The position numbers were made by a program, and so were the translations under genes. DNA of 62,882 bases, filler included, from an uncultured Methanosarcinales archaeon (GTDB taxonomy: Archaea > Nanobdellota > Nanobdellia > Woesearchaeales > UBA12501), in NCBI GenBank assembly GCA_964397315.1. It is 6 parts of 6 records of this genome, joined end to end, with 100 filler letters (N's around TTAATTAATTAA, not from the genome) between each part and the next. Parts side by side here need not be neighbours in the genome. Positions count along the whole stretch, not along the records: positions 57,079 to 62,882 come from CAYNHV010000050.1; 5 more parts are not named here. The stretch is one strand, 5' to 3'. Of the stretch, positions 57,100-62,882 are shown piece after piece (the stretch's first letter is position 1; each line of letters begins with the position of its first letter). Under the pieces are notes generated by a model that saw only the letters and a program-made list of their open reading frames with translations, was not told the origin of the DNA and did no database searches.

Positions 57100-57289
57100 A
57101 GCTTGCGAGTCGGGATTATTTTTAGGGGGATTTGTCCATATGTAAGTGCGACTGGGGCGGTGGAGAACTCTGGATTAATCAAAATATGCATAAGAAATTC
57201 TTAATCATAGTGCTTCAACACTTAAAGGGCATTTTGTAGAATTTCGCTGCGCTTAATCCCGCTTACACTTGAACAGAACAATGCCGTTC
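57100..57289. repeat. Dispersed structured repeat family B, copy 2
   Basis: Aligns to 5296-5484. Confidence 0.9.
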
Positions 57290-57433
57290 AGGAGAGAGTT
57301 TCACCAGCCTCACCTACCAAAAGCTTTATAAATGAGCTGCAGGCTTCTTCACATACCGATAGATAGGCCGGTCCGAGAGGGCTTGCTTATGCTGGAGATT
57401 AGCAGAAAGCTTATTCTCCCGGAGGAAGCGAAG

Positions 57434-57889
57434 ATGGCAAGAATGCACTCAGGAAGAAAGGGAGTGTCAGGCTCAAAGAAGCCTGCTGAGAAGGCAAGAA
57501 CCTGGATAAGGTACAAGCCAAAGGAGGTTGAGCTCCTCATAGTCAAGCTCGCAAAAGAGGGCAAGAGCTCGTCAGAGATAGGCTCAATCCTGAGGGACTC
57601 GTACGGCATACCTGACACAAAGTTCATAACCAGCAAGAAGATAACAAGAATAATGAAGGAGAAGAGTGTGGCCAAGGAGCTGCCCGAGGATCTTCTCAAC
57701 CTCATAAAGAGATCAGTGCAGCTGAGAAAGCACCTTGAGGAAAACAAGAAGGACAAGACAGCCTTCAGGGGGCTGCAGCTGACAGAGTCAAAGCTGAAAA
57801 GGCTTATAGGATATTACAAGTCAAACAATGTTCTTCCAAAAGACTGGAAGTATGACCCAAAGAGCATACGAATGTATGCTGAAGAGTAG
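57434..57889 (+). CDS. rps15: 30S ribosomal protein S15 (uS15)
   Basis: MARMHS.RKG.SGS, IG.ILRDSYGIP, PEDL, LQLTESK; true start 57434. Confidence 0.97.
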   Translation: MARMHSGRKGVSGSKKPAEKARTWIRYKPKEVELLIVKLAKEGKSSSEIGSILRDSYGIPDTKFITSKKITRIMKEKSVAKELPEDLLNLIKRSVQLRKHLEENKKDKTAFRGLQLTESKLKRLIGYYKSNNVLPKDWKYDPKSIRMYAEE

Positions 57890-57909
57890 AACGCGCAGGT
57901 CAAATAATA

Positions 57910-59325
57910 ATGGACAAGCATGACCTCTTTAAGGACAGCTTAAAGAAGGCTGCAGCTGAGTTCAGGGAGCTGGCCAGGGGCAGCTTTGTAAGGATAGTGA
58001 GCCACCTGGACGCTGACGGGATAAGCGCTGTTTCTGTGATGATAAGGGCTCTTGACAGGCTTAACATGAGGTATTCAGTGTCAATAGTTCAGCAGCTAAA
58101 CCCGGATTTCCTGGCAGAGCTCGCTGAGGAGAAGCATGATGTTTACGTTTTCACAGACCTTGGAAGCGGGTACCTCGCAGAGATAATGAAGTTTCTCAGG
58201 GGCAGGAAGGTGTTCGTTCTTGACCACCACGACATTGACCCGTCATTTGACACTGAAAAGGATGAAGAGGGGCTTGTGTTTGCCAACCCCCACCTGTTCG
58301 GGATTGACGGCGGTATTGAGATAAGCGGCTCAGGGGTGGTGTACCTTTTCGCAAGAGAGCTTGACGAGGCAAACAGGGACATGGCAGGCATTGCTGTTGT
58401 CGGAGCAGTAGGCGATGTTCAGGAGAACAGGGGTTTCATGAAGCTCAACAGGATGATACTGGATGACGCTGTTGAGCAGGGAATAATAGAGGTAAGGGAG
58501 GGCCTGAGGGGCTATGGCTTCCAGACCAGGCCCGTGCACAAGGTGCTTGAGTACAGCTCAGACCCGCACATACCAGGAGTTACAGGAAGCGAGAGCAAGG
58601 CAATAGAGTTCCTCCACCAGCTCGGCATCAGCCCAAAGAAAGGCAATGAGTGGAAGAAGATGAGCGACCTCACTCCTGAGGAGATGAAAAGGCTCATAGC
58701 AGGGGTCATAGTCAAGAGAGTGGAGGAGGGCAACCCTGATGACGTGATAGGATACAATTACATACTCGCTAATGAGAAGAAGGGGTGCCCGCTCAGGGAT
58801 GCGAAGGAGTTCGCCACCCTGCTGAATGCCTGCGGAAGGCTGGACAACGCATCGTTGGGAATAGGCGCGTGCCTCGGTGATGAGGAGCTGAAGAGAAAGG
58901 CCCTGCAAAGCCAGCAGGAGTACAGGAAGGAGATAGTCAAGGGCATGAACTGGTTCAGGGACAACAATAAGAACGGCCTGTTCACAAAAGGCAGCGGCTA
59001 CGTGATAATAAACGCAAAGGACGAGGTCATGCCTTCCATCATAGGCACCATGGCCTCAATGCTCACTAAATCAAGGGAGTTTGATGACGGCACTCTCGTG
59101 ATGGGGCTTGCAAGAGACACTGAAAGGAACACCACAAAGGTTTCGCTCAGGATAGCGGGAAGGGAAAATGGTGTTGACCTGACTGATGTCATGAGGAGGG
59201 TTGTGGACACTGCAGGAGGAGAGGCAGGCGGCCACATGAATGCAGCGGGAGCTGTCATAAGCACTGACAAGGAGAAGGAATTCATTGAGGCTGCAAAGTC
59301 AGTGTTTGAGAAAAGGGATTTCTGA
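57910..59325 (+). CDS. DHH family phosphoesterase (RecJ-like)
   Basis: HLDADG, DLG, DHH, GDVQ, LNACGR, GGHMNAAG; conserved position after rps15. Confidence 0.93.
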   Translation: MDKHDLFKDSLKKAAAEFRELARGSFVRIVSHLDADGISAVSVMIRALDRLNMRYSVSIVQQLNPDFLAELAEEKHDVYVFTDLGSGYLAEIMKFLRGRKVFVLDHHDIDPSFDTEKDEEGLVFANPHLFGIDGGIEISGSGVVYLFARELDEANRDMAGIAVVGAVGDVQENRGFMKLNRMILDDAVEQGIIEVREGLRGYGFQTRPVHKVLEYSSDPHIPGVTGSESKAIEFLHQLGISPKKGNEWKKMSDLTPEEMKRLIAGVIVKRVEEGNPDDVIGYNYILANEKKGCPLRDAKEFATLLNACGRLDNASLGIGACLGDEELKRKALQSQQEYRKEIVKGMNWFRDNNKNGLFTKGSGYVIINAKDEVMPSIIGTMASMLTKSREFDDGTLVMGLARDTERNTTKVSLRIAGRENGVDLTDVMRRVVDTAGGEAGGHMNAAGAVISTDKEKEFIEAAKSVFEKRDF

Positions 59326-59475
59326 ATGCAGGGCATCTTTGAGGGAATCAGCCTTTTATCTCCTCATCAGCCTTCTTCTGCGCTTCTTCTATCTCCCTGT
59401 CCAGCTGCTCCTCGCTGTTCCTTGTGCAGAGGGAGAAGAATTGAGCGTAAACTACCTTTGATATTATCAAGATAG

Positions 59476-59679
59476 TCTTGTGGATACTCAGAAGACAGTT
59501 CTCCTTCTCCAGGCAATCTGCCGTCAGGAGCAACGCTTGACCCTAACACAGGGCACTTCACTCGGAATCCAACATGCAGCCAGGATGGGATTCATGGGAT
59601 TTTCTTCTATACAGAAGATTCCAATGGTATGAGGTCCGGAGATTATACAGTGACAGTTAATGTTACTGATGATTTTTGA
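59476..59679 (+). pseudogene. Fragment of a putative Ig (He_PIG-like) domain
   Basis: NLPSGATLDPNTGHFTRNPT...GDYTVTVNVTDDF*, with no start codon and an upstream in-frame stop. Confidence 0.55.
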
Positions 59680-59707
59680 AGAATAGATTATTGCTTTGTC
59701 AATAAAT

Positions 59708-60442
59708 TTATTTACTCTCTAATTTTCTTCCTATTATAACCATTCGGTTTGTGTATTTATTAAATTCTCCAGATGTATTGTAGGGTCTTATATCTATTTC
59801 TAGCTTTGCTTCTTTAAACATATCTTCCCATAATTCTTTTGAGTGAAAATAAAATATTGGATTTGATCCGTCATCTCTGTTCCAAATCAGAAGACAATCA
59901 CCATCTTTAGTCTTCAATAACCTTTCTGTTTCATCATCTAAACGCTCTTCATATTCCGGAGTATTATCCCAATCTGTTACATCAATATACAGAACTTGGT
60001 TTGGATTCAATAATGCACCAAATCTATTCAGCAATCTTTGCTGTTCATGATTCTCAATCTGACAAAAAGAGGACCATATAGAAAAGACCAGATCATACTC
60101 TCCTTTATTAAAATCATACTTTTTCATGTTCCCTTGTATATATTCTAGTCTATCTTCAAGCCCATCTTTCTTTGCTTGCATTACTGCATAATAGATATAT
60201 TTTTGTAGATATTCTAAACCAGTAATTTTTAGTGGTCTGTCATAAAATTGTTCAGCTAATCTTTTTGAAACATATCCTGTTCCTGATCCCAATTCTAGTG
60301 CCTTTCTAATAAAAGGATGCTTTTTTATGAATTCATAAAACAATACCATATCCTCTCTATTTGGAAACTCTTTTCTGCGTCTATCCTCTAACCATTCTGG
60401 GTTCTGGTATAAACCATCTATATCTCTCTGTTGGTTCTCCAT
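59708..60442 (-). CDS. Class I SAM-dependent methyltransferase
   Basis: LELGSGTG, ITGLE, IQGNM, YDLVFS, LLNPNQVLYID. Confidence 0.9.
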   Translation of the reverse strand: MENQQRDIDGLYQNPEWLEDRRRKEFPNREDMVLFYEFIKKHPFIRKALELGSGTGYVSKRLAEQFYDRPLKITGLEYLQKYIYYAVMQAKKDGLEDRLEYIQGNMKKYDFNKGEYDLVFSIWSSFCQIENHEQQRLLNRFGALLNPNQVLYIDVTDWDNTPEYEERLDDETERLLKTKDGDCLLIWNRDDGSNPIFYFHSKELWEDMFKEAKLEIDIRPYNTSGEFNKYTNRMVIIGRKLESK

Positions 60443-60468
60443 ATACTTATCCTCTATCCCCCCCTATT

Positions 60469-61638
60469 CTAATCTAAAATTGCTTTTGTATAGCAGAGAT
60501 TACTAAATCTTTCTCTATTGTTTTTATTTAATGAGCTAAGATAATTATGTGCGAAACATCCTCCTCCACAGTATTCTACTGCATCACATTCCTTGCATGA
60601 TCCATCTATATACTCGTGTATTCTCTCAAAGAATTCTTTCTTCTTTTTATCAAAAGTTATCTTTCTTTTGTTTATATCAATCTGTCCCAACTTCATATCT
60701 TCTAATATAAGAAGATGGCATGGGTATATATCAAACATATTCTTCCCTGACTTTGCTGCAACAAAGAATTTATTTCCTGCCTGGCAATATCTTGGACCCC
60801 CTCTCCCAGGGTAGTTATTATATCTTCCTTGTTCTTGACATAACTGAAGGTTATAAATAGAATTGGAAAAGAAGTTTGGTCCCATGCTAGCACGAGTCTT
60901 TATTCTGAGATCATCCAATGGAATACTCTTTTTTGAGTCCTCAATTAAAGATATAGCTCTTTTGTAATCTTCTGGACTTAAAGTATGGCTTTTTAAGTCT
61001 TCTTCTAAATGCATAGCTGGCATTAACTGAATGAATGTTACAGAGGGTATCCCTCTTGAGGCCAATATACTGCAAAATTCAGGTATATCATCTAAAGACC
61101 TATCTGTTAATACAGAGAATACACCTGCTTTATATCCTAGTTTATTAATTCTTGTCAGAATATCAAGATTGCTTTGAAAGCTATCAGAATCTGTTAACCA
61201 ATTGTGGTTATTTTCAAGGAGATGCAAACTTATTTCGATCTCTGAAACATTAAATTTTTCCAATATATTCTTAATACTCATATCATCTTTATTTCTAAAG
61301 AATAGACCGTTAGTGATAATATAAGTCTCATTAAGTCTTCTGAATAAGTCTAATTTTTCTTCTATATCACCAACAAATATTTCAGTATATTGGGGTCTTG
61401 TCATACATCCTTCTTTCTCAACAATCTCAATTAACCTTTTAATTTCTTCCTTATCAAACTCTTCGTTTTTTATATCTGGCGGCAGATAACAGTGTTTGCA
61501 TCTAATATTACATGGAGAAGGGATTATTATGTCTATTACAGGTGTTATATCTTTCTGAATCTTTCTAGTCTTATGGATATATTCCTCTTTAGTTAATCCT
61601 GTTCTTTTTTTAAGTTCTTTCTCAAGTCTGCTTTCCAT
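60469..61638 (-). CDS. Radical SAM protein with SPASM domain
   Basis: CNIRCKHC; TNG; CQAG...YPC...CKECDAVEYCGGGC...C. Confidence 0.92.
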   Translation of the reverse strand: MESRLEKELKKRTGLTKEEYIHKTRKIQKDITPVIDIIIPSPCNIRCKHCYLPPDIKNEEFDKEEIKRLIEIVEKEGCMTRPQYTEIFVGDIEEKLDLFRRLNETYIITNGLFFRNKDDMSIKNILEKFNVSEIEISLHLLENNHNWLTDSDSFQSNLDILTRINKLGYKAGVFSVLTDRSLDDIPEFCSILASRGIPSVTFIQLMPAMHLEEDLKSHTLSPEDYKRAISLIEDSKKSIPLDDLRIKTRASMGPNFFSNSIYNLQLCQEQGRYNNYPGRGGPRYCQAGNKFFVAAKSGKNMFDIYPCHLLILEDMKLGQIDINKRKITFDKKKKEFFERIHEYIDGSCKECDAVEYCGGGCFAHNYLSSLNKNNRERFSNLCYTKAILD

Positions 61639-61642
61639 CTTA

Positions 61643-62140
61643 TTATCTTAACTCCTTTTCAAATAGAAAGTAAGTCTCATCTTCAAAAACTAGCTTGCTC
61701 ATCTTCTTTAGCCCTCTCTTTAGATAAAATTTTTCAAGCTCTGAGGGAGCATTAAGCCTCAAAGTATTATATCCTCTATTTAAAACCATTTTCTCTATCA
61801 GATTAAATAATTGTTTTCCTATGCCTTTCCCCTGTTTCTCTGGAACAACAGCAAAAGCACTTAAGTATAGCGCTTTCTTTGGCTTAATTCTCTTCCAATA
61901 TTTATTGCTTCCAAAAAGTGGTTTTTTACTCAAAGTAAATGTGGCAATGGAATACTCATCCTCATAAACTATGTTCACATCATGATCTCTTATAAGATTT
62001 GAGATAACATTATCTGTATAAATTCCATTCCAATAATGCTGCCCTATTGAATTAAGCATTTTAGCACAATCATTTATTATAGTATGTACTATTCCAAAAT
62101 CTTTTTCTTTCGCTTTAATCACTCTTATATTATATGCCAT
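61643..62140 (-). CDS. GNAT N-acetyltransferase
   Basis: LYLSAFAVVPEKQGKGIG, FYLKRG. Confidence 0.9.
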   Translation of the reverse strand: MAYNIRVIKAKEKDFGIVHTIINDCAKMLNSIGQHYWNGIYTDNVISNLIRDHDVNIVYEDEYSIATFTLSKKPLFGSNKYWKRIKPKKALYLSAFAVVPEKQGKGIGKQLFNLIEKMVLNRGYNTLRLNAPSELEKFYLKRGLKKMSKLVFEDETYFLFEKELR

Positions 62141-62162
62141 ATATCCCTTATACTAATATAAC

Positions 62163-62657
62163 TTAATATATTTTACTTTCTTTAAGATCATATAATACCG
62201 CGACATTTTCATTCCCATTTGAATCAAAAAAACTATCTATGACTTTAAATCCCATTTTCTCATTAAATCTCAATGAGGGTGTATTTTCTACATTGATTTC
62301 TCCCACCATCATTGGATATTTTCCTTTACCATACTTAAATAAGTTTTGATATAATCTTTCTGCTACTCCCCGCCGTTGGTTTTCGGCCCTTGTCACAAGT
62401 CTATCAATATACAAGAATCTTTTGAATCTCTTTTTAAACCAGTCAAAATGTTCATTTGAATAATTAGCATGAGAACCAAATACCATTAAAAAACCTAAAA
62501 GAATCTCACTATCTAAACATACATCAAACAAGTCAATTTGCATATAATTCTCAAAAAACTCTTTATCTACCTCTTTTCCTCCTAAAAAGTTACAAAATCT
62601 ATTATTAATCTCAACTATATCATCTAGATCAGCCTTTATAACTTTTCTTACTTCCAT
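62163..62657 (-). CDS. GNAT N-acetyltransferase
   Basis: YIDRLV...QRRGVA, NTPSLRFNEKMGF. Confidence 0.9.
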   Translation of the reverse strand: MEVRKVIKADLDDIVEINNRFCNFLGGKEVDKEFFENYMQIDLFDVCLDSEILLGFLMVFGSHANYSNEHFDWFKKRFKRFLYIDRLVTRAENQRRGVAERLYQNLFKYGKGKYPMMVGEINVENTPSLRFNEKMGFKVIDSFFDSNGNENVAVLYDLKESKIY

Positions 62658-62658
62658 T

Positions 62659-62850
62659 TTACTTTTCCTCATCCAATATTTTTAAATATTCTTCTGTTGA
62701 TTCTTTTAAAGCGTTTAACCATTGATTGTATATATCTTTTTCTGATAAATATTTGGTTTTAAAAACAGGCAATCCTGAACTTACATCATCACAATTCATC
62801 CAGTAATCTTCAAGTTTCTTGTTTGTTATGTCAAACAAAAATATAGTTGA
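62659..62850 (-). CDS. 3' end of a truncated gene (possibly a B12-binding radical SAM C-terminus)
   Basis: ...LFDITNKKLEDYWMNCDDVSSGLPVFKTKYLSEKDIYNQWLNALKE...EEK*; stop abuts the GNAT start. Confidence 0.5.
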   Translation of the reverse strand, partial: STIFLFDITNKKLEDYWMNCDDVSSGLPVFKTKYLSEKDIYNQWLNALKESTEEYLKILDEEK

Positions 62851-62882
62851 GCGGCTACCACCGGTGGAACACCGGATGGCAT
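62851..62882. repeat. REP-like palindrome at the window end
   Basis: CCACCGGTG-GAA-CACCGGATGGCAT, same family as 30155-30178. Confidence 0.65.

Noticed and set aside
59574..59660. Trp-rich peptide MQPGWDSWDFLLYRRFQWYEVRRLYSDS as precursor for the rSAM
   Set aside because: Opposite strand to the cluster, no leader-like region, and an overlapping frame reads as a recognisable Ig-like fragment

Overview
This window is six unrelated contigs joined by artificial 100-nt N/TTAATTAATTAA/N linkers (11912, 23805, 35203, 46125, 56979), so synteny across the linkers means nothing. The organism is an archaeon: archaeal r-proteins, Rpo3/Rpo10, pelota, TrmB, TATA promoters with leaderless starts, and a BHB-intron tRNA. 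Bacterial-type gpmI/tpiA/leuS/lgt and many class III signal-peptide proteins point to a DPANN Woesearchaeota-like MAG (inference). Contents: (1) M23 peptidase, IleRS, central-carbon genes and a half Hel308; (2) pilin-like genes, lgt-tpiA and a toxin-antitoxin island (Doc, two AbiE modules, one DUF6036-type module); (3) a divergent SRP RNA, orphan genes, LeuRS, a free-standing LAGLIDADG-like gene and the rps13-to-rpoN cluster with a two-intron tRNA-Leu(GAG); (4) an AT-rich integrative element (tyrosine integrase, P-loop ATPase, surface-protein cargo); (5) an operon of four paralogous Cys-rich surface proteins headed by a pilin-like protein, then pelota, acs and trmB; (6) rps15-DHH and an AT-rich GNAT/GNAT/radical SAM-SPASM/methyltransferase cluster. 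Best candidates for an undescribed system: two leaderless micro-ORFs ending in Val/Leu or Ile runs with alternative RNA pairings upstream of orphan genes (attenuator-like amino-acid sensors), the Lgt plus paralogous lipoprotein surface operon, and the radical SAM cluster. Several families of dispersed palindromic non-coding repeats are present. All family assignments come from motif recognition by eye; no database search was run.
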